Source: Candidatus Curtissbacteria bacterium | Lineage (GTDB): Bacteria > Patescibacteriota > Microgenomatia > Curtissbacterales > GWA2-41-24 | DNA length: 64,000 nt | Direction: 5' to 3' | NCBI GenBank assembly: GCA_024654445.1 | Contig: JANLHP010000026.1 | Coordinates: 16,733 to 80,732 of the forward strand | Shown: positions 1 to 9,059 of the stretch, piece after piece | How the letters are laid out: every line of letters starts with the position of its first letter | How positions within the stretch are numbered: position 1 is the stretch's first letter | Program-made: the position numbers and the translations under genes | Notes under the pieces: generated by a model | The model's input: only the letters and a program-made list of their open reading frames with translations | Told to the model about the DNA's origin: nothing | The model's database searches: none

Positions 1-297
1 TTCCATATTGCCTACGGACCAACACCGAACCACCTTATTTGGGGCGTCGAGGTTAATGACTCAAACGCAAACAGCTACACCTTGAAAGATCTCCCAAATA
101 GCGATATTTCGGTTAGCGTAATTGCAAAAGCAAGCCAAGATTGTGGCGGACCTGCATCAGCCGTTGTAGGACAACCACAAGTACTCGGTGCAACAGGCAC
201 AGCTGAAAATTCACTTACATTTGGGCTCTCTTCCATGCTGATCGCCCTAGGTATATGGCAAACACAAAAATCTCTCGCCAAAAAAGCAAGAGTCTAA
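1..297 (+). CDS. 3' part of a surface protein (possible fibronectin-III-like domain) with a C-terminal sortase-type sorting signal; 5'-truncated by the window edge
   Basis: Frame 1 is open from base 1: FHIAYGPTPNHLIWGVEVNDSNANSYTLKDLPNSDISVSVIAKASQDCGGPASAVVGQPQ-VLGATG-TAENSLTFGLSSMLIALGIW-QTQKSLAKKARV*. LxxTG-like motif, hydrophobic helix, basic tail; directly upstream of a sortase. Confidence 0.7.
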   Translation, partial: FHIAYGPTPNHLIWGVEVNDSNANSYTLKDLPNSDISVSVIAKASQDCGGPASAVVGQPQVLGATGTAENSLTFGLSSMLIALGIWQTQKSLAKKARV

Positions 298-824
298 ACC
301 CCCAATTACGCAGTTTTTCATTAGGAATATTGCTCATAACACTTGGAGCCTTGGTACTTTTGTGGAAAAGTTTGCCAGCTTTGCACATTCCAGCAACTCA
401 AGTACAACAAGAAGAAGCAAATGCCCAAATCAATCAGCCTCTTAAAATTTACGTCCCTAAAATTTCTAAGGTTCTAAACATTACTGACGGGTATGTGATT
501 GACAACCGCTGGACAATTTCCGAAAACGGAGTCTCCTTCTACACAAACTCAGCATCCCCAGGTGGGAGTGGTAATACTGTAATATACGGCCACAATCGCC
601 GCGATATTCTGGGCAATTTAGAAAAAGTAAAAACTGGAGATAGTGTTTATATCGTGCAGGCGAGCGGAAATTTTATTAAATACGAAATCACAGAAACCAA
701 AAAGGTAGAACCTCAACAAGTTGAAATACTCAATCAATCAGTCGAGCCAAAGCTAACAATTTACACCTGCAGCGGATACTTAGACCAAGCTAGATTTGTT
801 GTCATAGCAACCCCTGTGTCCTGA
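255..824 (+). CDS. Sortase (class D/E-like)
   Basis: N-terminal TM anchor; GNTVIYGHN (His), LTIYTC (Cys), ARFVVIA (Arg) form the sortase catalytic triad. Confidence 0.9.
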   Translation: MANTKISRQKSKSLNPQLRSFSLGILLITLGALVLLWKSLPALHIPATQVQQEEANAQINQPLKIYVPKISKVLNITDGYVIDNRWTISENGVSFYTNSASPGGSGNTVIYGHNRRDILGNLEKVKTGDSVYIVQASGNFIKYEITETKKVEPQQVEILNQSVEPKLTIYTCSGYLDQARFVVIATPVS

Positions 825-840
825 CAAACGCCCCCTTTCT

Positions 841-880
841 TTAGGCCCGCAGTCTTCTTTTTCGAGTCTGCGAAGAAAAA
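841..880 (+). repeat. REP-like palindromic element, family B (TTAGGCCCGCAG plus hairpin)
   Basis: TTAGGCCCGCA also occurs at 37845 and 60144; followed by an imperfect hairpin TCTTTTTCG...CGAAGAAAAA; lies just after the sortase stop. Confidence 0.55.
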
Positions 881-963
881 TAAGCCCTCTTACAATTCTC
901 TTACGACTTTTAAACCCGCCCCTCACCCTTTTCGGCTAACATATCGAGGCAGAGATCACAAGC

Positions 964-1419
964 ATGATTATGTACTCTAGATCGCCAAATCCCCAGGAGG
1001 TACAGTCCCCTATTCATATTGAAGCCTCCGCCGACCCTTTTTTCGAAAAGACTAAGGATGAATTTAGCCCAAACGAATTAATGTATTTAAGGGTATTAAG
1101 TGTAGGAGGTAATTTCTTTCAACAAAATCTGAATTTGAGAGACAATAGCTATAACCTTCTTAAAACCTTTTACTTAGAAAAAACCGCAGACAGTGAGTTT
1201 GTGACGGCATTCAAGGTTCCACAGGAAGAAGGATACTACGCGCTTGAAGCAAATCTGAAATCAGAAACATCTCAAGTCAAAGCTATAACAACAATCAAGG
1301 TAGGCAGAACAGAGACAATGGATACAACTTTTGATATAGACATAGACACAAATGACGGTGAAGACATTAGTGGATACGAGTCAATGGGTCACCAAACAAA
1401 GTACTTCTCGATACAATAG
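964..1419 (+). CDS. Hypothetical protein
   Basis: 151-aa ORF filling the gap on the operon strand; no motif recognised. Confidence 0.55.
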   Translation: MIMYSRSPNPQEVQSPIHIEASADPFFEKTKDEFSPNELMYLRVLSVGGNFFQQNLNLRDNSYNLLKTFYLEKTADSEFVTAFKVPQEEGYYALEANLKSETSQVKAITTIKVGRTETMDTTFDIDIDTNDGEDISGYESMGHQTKYFSIQ

Positions 1420-1591
1420 TTGCAATCGGACAAAAATTGCTTATTATAACGTTTATTGCAAAGCTTTTAATTCCAGATTCTATACGCTCAAAATAGCTCA
1501 AACGTCCACGAACTTAATCATACTTAACCTAGCCTTGAAAATAGAAGATTCATACTAGCAACAGCCTCAACACTATAAGTCATTTTGAGGC

Positions 1592-1621
1592 TTGATTTTA
1601 AAGATTTATGTATGGTAAAAT
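1592..1621 (+). promoter_or_regulatory. Putative sigma70 promoter for the glycan operon
   Basis: TTGATT-18 nt-TAAAAT with extended -10 TG at 1613-1614, about 90 nt before the ATG at 1713. Confidence 0.5.
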
Positions 1622-1712
1622 AAGCCCTTAAATCAAAAAGCTATAGGATAGCTTTAAGTCTGCTCCCATTACTGCCCGTTATCGCGGGGTTTATAAGCCC
1701 TTTTTTAGAAGC

Positions 1713-4700
1713 ATGATTAGCATTGTCGTACCTACGTACAACGAAAAATCGAATATAAAAAAGTTGCTTTCCAGAATCGAGAAGGCCATTCGAAGCCACC
1801 CTGAAGACGTAGATAAATACGAAATTGTAGTAATCGACGATAACTCAAAAGACGGCACTTGGGAAATCTTGCAAAGAGAAAAAAGCTCCAAAATTAAAGT
1901 ATTTAGAAAAGAAGGTAAACAGGGCAAAGCATATTCCCTAGTTGAAGGGTTCAAAAAGAGCTCCGGCAATATCTTGGTAATGATCGACGCGGACCTTCAA
2001 TATCCTCCAGAAGCCATACCCCAAATGTTAAAACTTTTAGATCATTCGGATATCGTAGTCGCTAATCGCGAAACGTACGAACACTCTAGGGTAAGAAAAA
2101 CACTGTCAAGAATTTATAAATACACCTTCGGGAAAATCCTATTTGGCCTAAGTTGCGATGTTCAATCTGGTCTGAAGGCTTTTAAGCGAGAAGTTTATCA
2201 CGCCACTACCCCCAACCCTAAATCTCCATGGTCGTTCGACCTTGAATTCTTGCACAAATCAAAAAACGCCGGCTTCACCATTAAAGGTTATGACATTGTC
2301 TTCGACAACCGAAAAACAGACGATTCAAAAATAGGCGTTCTAAGGGTTGGGACGGAGCTTGCGATCAATGCTCTAGTTTTGAGAACTAAAAACACACACC
2401 CTCTTACCATTCCTCCTAAACATGCGAACACAATGCATGGGGCAGGAGTAGGTTTTAAGTCACGAAAGTATGTGACCCATAGCACCTTGCCTCACTATAA
2501 TTCCGCGCTTCAAGGTTTTGTCCTTTGGCAAAAGCTGTTCATCCTAACCGCTTTTGTCGCTCTTGTTCTAGGCCTTTATCTGTCTTTGCACTTAACGGCC
2601 CTTATCATCATCGGCACACTCAGCGCGATTTACTTCTTAGACGTTCTGTTCAGCCTATTTTTGATAGTAAAGAGTTTACACTTTCCTCCGGAATTAACCA
2701 CAACGTCACAGGAAATAAACTCGTTAAAAAACAAAGATCTTCCAATTTACTCAATCCTTTGTCCTCTTTACAAAGAGGCGAATATCCTCCCTCAATTTTT
2801 GGACGCGATAGCAAATATCGACTGGCCAAAAGAAAAATTAGACGTTTTACTTCTTTTGGAAGAAGACGACCAAGAAACAGTTGAAGCGGTTAAAAAAATG
2901 GATCTGCCAAGTTACATACGTACTGTGGTAGTTCCAGACTCTCAACCTAAAACAAAACCCAAAGCCTGCAACTATGGATTGTCACTAGCAAAAGGAGAAT
3001 ACCTCGTAATTTACGACGCGGAGGACAGACCGGAGCCTTTTCAGCTTAAAAAGGCTTTTATCTCCTTCAAGAAAAACCCAAAAAACATAATTTGCCTGCA
3101 AGCAAAATTAAATTACTACAACCCTCACCAAAATCTTTTAACGAGATTGTTTACAGCCGAATACTCATTGTGGTTCGACGTAATTTTGCCAGGATTGCAA
3201 TCGATCAAAACGACAATTCCACTGGGAGGAACGAGTAATCACTTTAAGACGCCTCTTTTAAAAGAGCTTCACGGATGGGATCCGTTCAATGTAACAGAAG
3301 ACGCAGATCTTGGCGCGAGACTTTTTAAACACGGCTACAAAACCGCGATTATTGATTCGGTAACCCTAGAAGAAGCAAATAGCAGACCTAAAAATTGGTT
3401 GCGACAACGTTCACGTTGGATTAAAGGCTATTTCCAAACATACCTGGTACATATGCGAAACCCAATCGCATTTGTAAAAGAACACAAGTTCCACGCTTTG
3501 ATTTTCCAGTTAATTATTGGCGCACGCATATCGTTTATGCTGATTAACCCTTTCCTCTGGGCGCTGACGATCCTTTACTTCGTTATGAGAGCGCGAGTAG
3601 GGGCTGCCATAGAAGCTCTTTATCCTGCGCCGATTTTCTACATAGCAGTTATTTCTCTCGTTTTTGGAAACTTCATGTACATCTATAACTACATGATAGG
3701 CAGTGCTAAAAGAGGGCACTACGCCATAATAAAATACGTATTTTTGATTCCTGTCTACTGGTTAATGGCATCGGTTGCTTCATTCATCGCCCTTTATCAA
3801 CTTATCGTCAAACCTCACTACTGGGAAAAAACCGTTCACGGCTTCCATCTTGAAAAAGAAAACGATGAAAAATTAAAGCAACAAAAACCAGTAACTGAAC
3901 AAATACAAGCAGAAAAAAAAGAAATATCCAAACGTTTAAAATTCCGGGAACTTATTAAATCTGGAACTTTCTCTGGTGGCCTATTAGTTTCAGGAGCAAT
4001 AGTCGGCAATGTCTTGAATTTTGCATACAACGCGTATCTGGCTAGAACTGTTTCTACCGAAGACTTCGGACTTATAAGTCTTATAGGCAGCTTTCTATTT
4101 TTAACATCAATTCCTCTTAACGCGCTCGCTAGAACTGTATGTCACAAGAGTGCTTTTTACTTAGGCAAACACCAGATTGCCCTTAAAGGTTTCTGGGCCC
4201 ATACCAGAAAAAGAGCCATACTTGTTTCTCTCATCGTTACCACTTTATGGATTGCCCTAACACCTCTTCTTGCGAAGTTTTTTCATTCACCGTCCTATCT
4301 TCCTTTTATTCTATTTGCTCCAGTTTGGATTATAGGTGCGGCATCCGCAGTCGACGGAGGGTTTCTAAGCGGAAATTTGAAGTTTAAAGTTAACTCCTTA
4401 ATACTAGTTACAGACCCCCTCGTTAAACTAATATTAACCTTCGCTTTAATTACCTTAGGGTACCCTCACTTAGTTTATGCCGCAATACCTTTGGCTGTGT
4501 TTGCCTACTTTTTAATAGGATGGTTTTTTGCAAGTTCGATAAAAGAGGAAAGGCCAAACATAATCAGCCATGAGGCAACCCTAAAATTCCCAAGAGGATT
4601 CTTTGTGACATCAATTTTAATGGGTTTCACAACGATTGCCTTTTTGACTTTCGATATCATTCTCGCCAAACATTTTTTGGCTCCCGTGCTTGCCGGACAG

Positions 4701-6359
4701 TACGCGCTTATGGCGCTTTTTGGCAAAATGATTTATTTCGTAGGGAATCTTTTTAATCAGTTTATAAACCCCCTTGTTTCAAGAGAAGAAGGTGCAAGCA
4801 GAGACAGTAAAAAGGTATTTTATAAACTTTTTCTTGGATCGACCCTTGCAGGATTAGCAGCCTACATAGGTGTTGGAGTCTTAGGATTTATTACGGCGCC
4901 ACTTTTACTAGGAGAAAAAGCGCACGCAATAACTCATCTTCTGCCAGCTTATGGCATTGGAATGCTTGCTTTCTCTATTTCAACAAGTATCGTCACTTTC
5001 TATCAAATAAGAAAAAACTACATATTCGCTTACACCAGCATACTTTTGGCCTTTATCCAAATTGCCGGAATATATCTATTCCACGATTCGCTGGAACAGA
5101 TGGTTTCGGTGATGGCATTTATTGGCGGGCTCAACCTTGGAGCAATGCTGCTTTTACACTTTGCATATAAGCCATTTGCAGCAATTGTAAACAATCTTAA
5201 AAATCTCAAGAACACCCTTTCTCTCCAGAGAGAAGAATCCGAATCGGATGAGGGCAAACGCATTCTCATATTCAATTGGAGAGACACAAAACATGTTTGG
5301 GCCGGTGGAGCCGAAGTTTACGTACACGAATTATCAAAAAAAATGATCGAAAAAGGCTATCACGTCACCGTATTTTGCAGTAATGACCGCAAGTCGACTG
5401 CCAACGAATTTGTTGATGGAGTTGAAATCATTAGGCGAGGAGGCCACTATACTCTGTACATCTGGGCCTTTTTCTATTACATCACTAAACTTCGTGGAAA
5501 ATACGATCTTATCATCGACTCAGAAAACGGTATCCCATTCTTCACCCCTCTCTACGTAAGAAAGCCTCTAATCGGTCTCATTCACCATGTTCATCTAAAA
5601 GAAGTTTTCGACAGACATCTTCCATGGCCCTTGGCCAAACTGGCTCACTTTTTAGAATCAAAGGTTATGCCCATTGTTTACAGAAACACACAGATAGTTA
5701 CAGTCTCCAATTCTTCTAAAGAAGAGATAGAAAAACTTGGTTTAGGCAAAAAAATATCAATTGTAGTGATACATCCGGGCGTTGATCTTACCAAATTTAG
5801 AACGATGCAAAAAACCAAAGATCCTTCCATTGTTTACCTCGGAAGACTAAAGCCATACAAGTCTGTGGATAGGTTAATTACTGCTTTCTCCAAAATTTTA
5901 AAAGAGATACCCAATGCGACGCTCACGATTGCTGGCGACGGTGAAAGCAGGAAAGAACTTGAAATCCTGGCCAAGAGTCTTCGAATAGAAAAAGTCGTTA
6001 AATTTGTCGGCAAAGTTTCAGAACAAGCAAAAGTAGAACTTCTTGGAAAAGCTTGGATAGCTGCTCAACCCTCAAAAAGCGAAGGGTGGGGAATCACGGT
6101 AATCGAAGCAAATGCATGCGGAACACCTGTTATCGCATCCGATATTCCTGGGCTTCGAGACTCCGTTAAAAATCCCCACACCGGTTTATTGGTCACCTGG
6201 GACAATCAAGAAAAATGGGCGGAGGCTATGACTAAAGTTATTAAAGACGAACGCCTTAGAAAGGACTTATCAGAGCAATCGCTCGAATGGTCTAAAAACT
6301 TTAACTGGGAGAAAAATGCCGAACAATTAATAAAAGTTGCAAAGTTAAAAAATGAATAA
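1713..6359 (+). CDS. Four-module fusion: polyprenol-phosphate-type GT2 + processive membrane GT2 + Wzx/MOP flippase + GT4
   Basis: N-terminus IVVPTYNE, IDDNSKDGT, IDADLQYPP, DVQSGLK (DPM-like GT2). Then LCPLYKE, YDAED, TEDAD, RQRSRW with flanking TMs (D,D,D,QxxRW). Then about 12 TMs starting GAIVGNVLNFAYNAYLAR (Wzx-like). C-terminus NWRD..H..AGGAE, YLGRL, EGWGITVIEANACG (GT4). Confidence 0.88.
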   Translation: MISIVVPTYNEKSNIKKLLSRIEKAIRSHPEDVDKYEIVVIDDNSKDGTWEILQREKSSKIKVFRKEGKQGKAYSLVEGFKKSSGNILVMIDADLQYPPEAIPQMLKLLDHSDIVVANRETYEHSRVRKTLSRIYKYTFGKILFGLSCDVQSGLKAFKREVYHATTPNPKSPWSFDLEFLHKSKNAGFTIKGYDIVFDNRKTDDSKIGVLRVGTELAINALVLRTKNTHPLTIPPKHANTMHGAGVGFKSRKYVTHSTLPHYNSALQGFVLWQKLFILTAFVALVLGLYLSLHLTALIIIGTLSAIYFLDVLFSLFLIVKSLHFPPELTTTSQEINSLKNKDLPIYSILCPLYKEANILPQFLDAIANIDWPKEKLDVLLLLEEDDQETVEAVKKMDLPSYIRTVVVPDSQPKTKPKACNYGLSLAKGEYLVIYDAEDRPEPFQLKKAFISFKKNPKNIICLQAKLNYYNPHQNLLTRLFTAEYSLWFDVILPGLQSIKTTIPLGGTSNHFKTPLLKELHGWDPFNVTEDADLGARLFKHGYKTAIIDSVTLEEANSRPKNWLRQRSRWIKGYFQTYLVHMRNPIAFVKEHKFHALIFQLIIGARISFMLINPFLWALTILYFVMRARVGAAIEALYPAPIFYIAVISLVFGNFMYIYNYMIGSAKRGHYAIIKYVFLIPVYWLMASVASFIALYQLIVKPHYWEKTVHGFHLEKENDEKLKQQKPVTEQIQAEKKEISKRLKFRELIKSGTFSGGLLVSGAIVGNVLNFAYNAYLARTVSTEDFGLISLIGSFLFLTSIPLNALARTVCHKSAFYLGKHQIALKGFWAHTRKRAILVSLIVTTLWIALTPLLAKFFHSPSYLPFILFAPVWIIGAASAVDGGFLSGNLKFKVNSLILVTDPLVKLILTFALITLGYPHLVYAAIPLAVFAYFLIGWFFASSIKEERPNIISHEATLKFPRGFFVTSILMGFTTIAFLTFDIILAKHFLAPVLAGQYALMALFGKMIYFVGNLFNQFINPLVSREEGASRDSKKVFYKLFLGSTLAGLAAYIGVGVLGFITAPLLLGEKAHAITHLLPAYGIGMLAFSISTSIVTFYQIRKNYIFAYTSILLAFIQIAGIYLFHDSLEQMVSVMAFIGGLNLGAMLLLHFAYKPFAAIVNNLKNLKNTLSLQREESESDEGKRILIFNWRDTKHVWAGGAEVYVHELSKKMIEKGYHVTVFCSNDRKSTANEFVDGVEIIRRGGHYTLYIWAFFYYITKLRGKYDLIIDSENGIPFFTPLYVRKPLIGLIHHVHLKEVFDRHLPWPLAKLAHFLESKVMPIVYRNTQIVTVSNSSKEEIEKLGLGKKISIVVIHPGVDLTKFRTMQKTKDPSIVYLGRLKPYKSVDRLITAFSKILKEIPNATLTIAGDGESRKELEILAKSLRIEKVVKFVGKVSEQAKVELLGKAWIAAQPSKSEGWGITVIEANACGTPVIASDIPGLRDSVKNPHTGLLVTWDNQEKWAEAMTKVIKDERLRKDLSEQSLEWSKNFNWEKNAEQLIKVAKLKNE

Positions 6360-7962
6360 AACAAATTTGAATATTGTTATTTTTGATTTAGACGATATTA
6401 AAAACCCCCTTCTTGGAGGAGGTCAAGCATGGGCTACTTTTGAAGTCGGAAGACGGTTAGCACAAAACGGTCACAAAGTTACTGTAATCTCTTCAAAATA
6501 CCCAAATTACAAAGACAGAACTCAAGAAGGCATTGACTATAAACATATAGGCATCAATACCAAATTTATAAAGTTAAATAACCTTTTATACCTTTTTGCT
6601 GCACCCCTTTATGCTATGAAGACCAAGGCGGACATAATCGTCGAGTGTTTTACTGCACCAGTATCAACACTTTTTACACCTCTTTTTACCAGAACCCCTG
6701 TTGTCGCTTTGCCCAGTATGTTCAACGCCCATGAATTTACCAAAAAATACCACTTACCTTTTCATCTGGTAGAGAGACTAGGAGCCAGATTCTACAAGTA
6801 TCTCTTGCCATATTCAGAAATTGACAGCTCTAAAATGAAAAAACTTAATCCAGGCATCAACTTTAAAATTGTCCCCCAGGGAGTTGCTAAAGAATACTTT
6901 GCGATCAAACAAAGAAAACCGGAACACATCCTTTTCTTAAGTAGATTAGATATTGAGCAAAAAGGTGTCGACCTTTTGCTGATGGCCTACGCTAAAGTTA
7001 GTTCAAAAATAAAATACCCACTTGTTATAGCTGGCCACGGCCCTGACGAGAAAAAAATTAGAGCCTTAATTAAAAAACTTGGCTTACAAAATAAAGTAAA
7101 AATGGTAGGCGCAGCTTACGGCAAAAAGAAATTCGATTTAATGGCCAAGGCACTCTTCGTAGCTTTCCCATCAAGACATGATGAAATGTGTCTCTGGTCC
7201 CTCGAGGCTCTAGCCGGAGGGTTGCCCCTCGTTGGTTTTAATCTACCGGAATCTAAATGGATGACTAAAGATATATCCCTGAAATCTAAAAGATTCAATG
7301 TGGACGAATACGCGTCCACATTACTCGAAGCGACTGATCCTGGCGTAATTGATCAGATGAGGACAAACGCAAGAACTTTTGCAAGAAAATTTAGCTGGGA
7401 AAAAGTTACAGCAGAATATGAATCGTTTTTTTATCAAATTTTAGAAAACGAGGGAACAGTAAAAGTACCAACACTTATCTCATACGAAAGACATATTCCG
7501 AAGATTTCGGATGAGGGCTTTCTTAGTTTTGCAGAAAGTAAAAAACATATACCTTTTAACATCAAACGCTTCTATTACATCACAGATGTCCAAAGGGGAA
7601 AAATAAGAGGAATGCACGCGCACAGAAAAAACCGTCAATTCGCGTTCTGTATTCAAGGAAAGGTAAAAATGACTCTCGACGACGGGTCAAGAAGAGAAGA
7701 AGTTATTTTGAACAAATCGAACCAGGGGCTTTATCTGGACAAAATGGTCTGGCACGAGATGACGGAATTTGAAAAAGGAACAACACTTTTAGTTATTGCA
7801 TCAGAATATTTTGAAAAAAAAGATTACATCAGAAACTATCAAGAGTTTAAACAGCTGGTTGAAAAGAAACATTTCAACCTCGGCATGGATGTTAGAGAAT
7901 TTGCGTCTTACCTTCTAAAATTACCGCTTGCTGCAAATCCAATCCCTTGGAGGATCAGATAA
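6352..7962 (+). CDS. GT4 glycosyltransferase fused to C-terminal FdtA/QdtA-like cupin (dTDP-4-keto-6-deoxyhexose 3,4-ketoisomerase)
   Basis: GT4: GGGQ, FLSRLD..QKG, LEALAGGLP. C-terminus IPFNIKRFYYI, RGMHAHR, VWHEM, VIASEYF..DYIRNY, typical of FdtA/WxcM-like cupins. Confidence 0.85.
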   Translation: MNKTNLNIVIFDLDDIKNPLLGGGQAWATFEVGRRLAQNGHKVTVISSKYPNYKDRTQEGIDYKHIGINTKFIKLNNLLYLFAAPLYAMKTKADIIVECFTAPVSTLFTPLFTRTPVVALPSMFNAHEFTKKYHLPFHLVERLGARFYKYLLPYSEIDSSKMKKLNPGINFKIVPQGVAKEYFAIKQRKPEHILFLSRLDIEQKGVDLLLMAYAKVSSKIKYPLVIAGHGPDEKKIRALIKKLGLQNKVKMVGAAYGKKKFDLMAKALFVAFPSRHDEMCLWSLEALAGGLPLVGFNLPESKWMTKDISLKSKRFNVDEYASTLLEATDPGVIDQMRTNARTFARKFSWEKVTAEYESFFYQILENEGTVKVPTLISYERHIPKISDEGFLSFAESKKHIPFNIKRFYYITDVQRGKIRGMHAHRKNRQFAFCIQGKVKMTLDDGSRREEVILNKSNQGLYLDKMVWHEMTEFEKGTTLLVIASEYFEKKDYIRNYQEFKQLVEKKHFNLGMDVREFASYLLKLPLAANPIPWRIR

Positions 7963-9059
7963 TGATACACATGACTACTTTCCAGAAAGAATACATCAGT
8001 CTTGAACCTATATTAATGAGTGCGGCCCGGAACACTCTTAAAAGCGGCCGCTACATATTAGGTAAAAATGTTGAAAAGTTTGAAAAGGACTTCGCCAAGT
8101 TCATAGGAACAAAATATTGCGTCGGCGTTGCAAATGGTTTGGAAGCATTACAGATATCTTTGATGGCGCAAGGAATAGGCAAAGAAGACGAAGTTATAAC
8201 AGTTTCAAATACCGCCGTAGCTACTGTCCTCGCGATAACTAACGTTGGCGCGACTCCAGTACTTATCGATATAGATGAGTATTACCACATGGACGTGGAT
8301 CTTTTAGAGAAAACCATCACACGAAAGACGAAAGCCATAATTCCAGTTCATTTATTTGGTCAATTAGCAGACATTGAAACAATCATAAAAATCGCAAAAA
8401 AACACAATTTAAAAGTTGTCGAAGATGCCTGTCAAGCTCACGGTGCCTCTTACAAAAACAAAAAGGCGGGTTCGTTTGGAGATGTTGCAGCTTTCAGTTT
8501 TTATCCAACTAAAAACCTCGGGGCTTACGGAGACGCGGGAGCAATAACAACGAATTCTAAAAAAATATACGAAAAATGCAAAATGATTCGAAATTACGGC
8601 CAAAAAAACAGATACGAGCATAAAATTTTGGGCCTTAATAGCAGACTTGACGAACTTCAAGCAGCATTTCTTATAGAGAAGCTCAAAAAATTAAATGCTT
8701 TGAATAAAAGAAGGACGCAAGTTGCCAAGCTCTATTTTAATCAACTTAAAAATATAAAAGGAGTGACACTCCCGGCAATCAGACAAGATTCTTTCCATTG
8801 TTTTCATCAATTTGTGATAGAAGCTCAAGACCGCAAAAATCTTATCGACTTTCTAAAAAGTAGAGGCGTGGAAACCTTAATACATTATCCAATTCCGGTA
8901 CATAAACAAAAATCATATAAGAATTACAACGGAATAAATCTTCCAAAAACTGAAAAAGCCGTAAAGAAAATTTTGTCTTTACCAATTAGTCCCTTTATGG
9001 CTGACAAAGAAGTCATAAAAGTATGCACTGAAATCAAAAACTTTTACAGATCAAAATGA
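7962..9059 (+). CDS. DegT/DnrJ/EryC1/StrS PLP aminotransferase (FdtB/QdtB-like)
   Basis: VANGLEAL, IIPVHLFGQ, EDACQAHG, SFYPTKNLGAYGDAG, NSRLDELQAA. Start reassigned to ATG 7962 (TAATG overlap, GGAGG upstream). Confidence 0.93.
   Translation: MIHMTTFQKEYISLEPILMSAARNTLKSGRYILGKNVEKFEKDFAKFIGTKYCVGVANGLEALQISLMAQGIGKEDEVITVSNTAVATVLAITNVGATPVLIDIDEYYHMDVDLLEKTITRKTKAIIPVHLFGQLADIETIIKIAKKHNLKVVEDACQAHGASYKNKKAGSFGDVAAFSFYPTKNLGAYGDAGAITTNSKKIYEKCKMIRNYGQKNRYEHKILGLNSRLDELQAAFLIEKLKKLNALNKRRTQVAKLYFNQLKNIKGVTLPAIRQDSFHCFHQFVIEAQDRKNLIDFLKSRGVETLIHYPIPVHKQKSYKNYNGINLPKTEKAVKKILSLPISPFMADKEVIKVCTEIKNFYRSK

Noticed and set aside
1352-1558. 68-aa ORF overlapping the 964 gene
   Set aside because: Overlaps a better ORF, has no motif and covers a probable promoter-proximal region.
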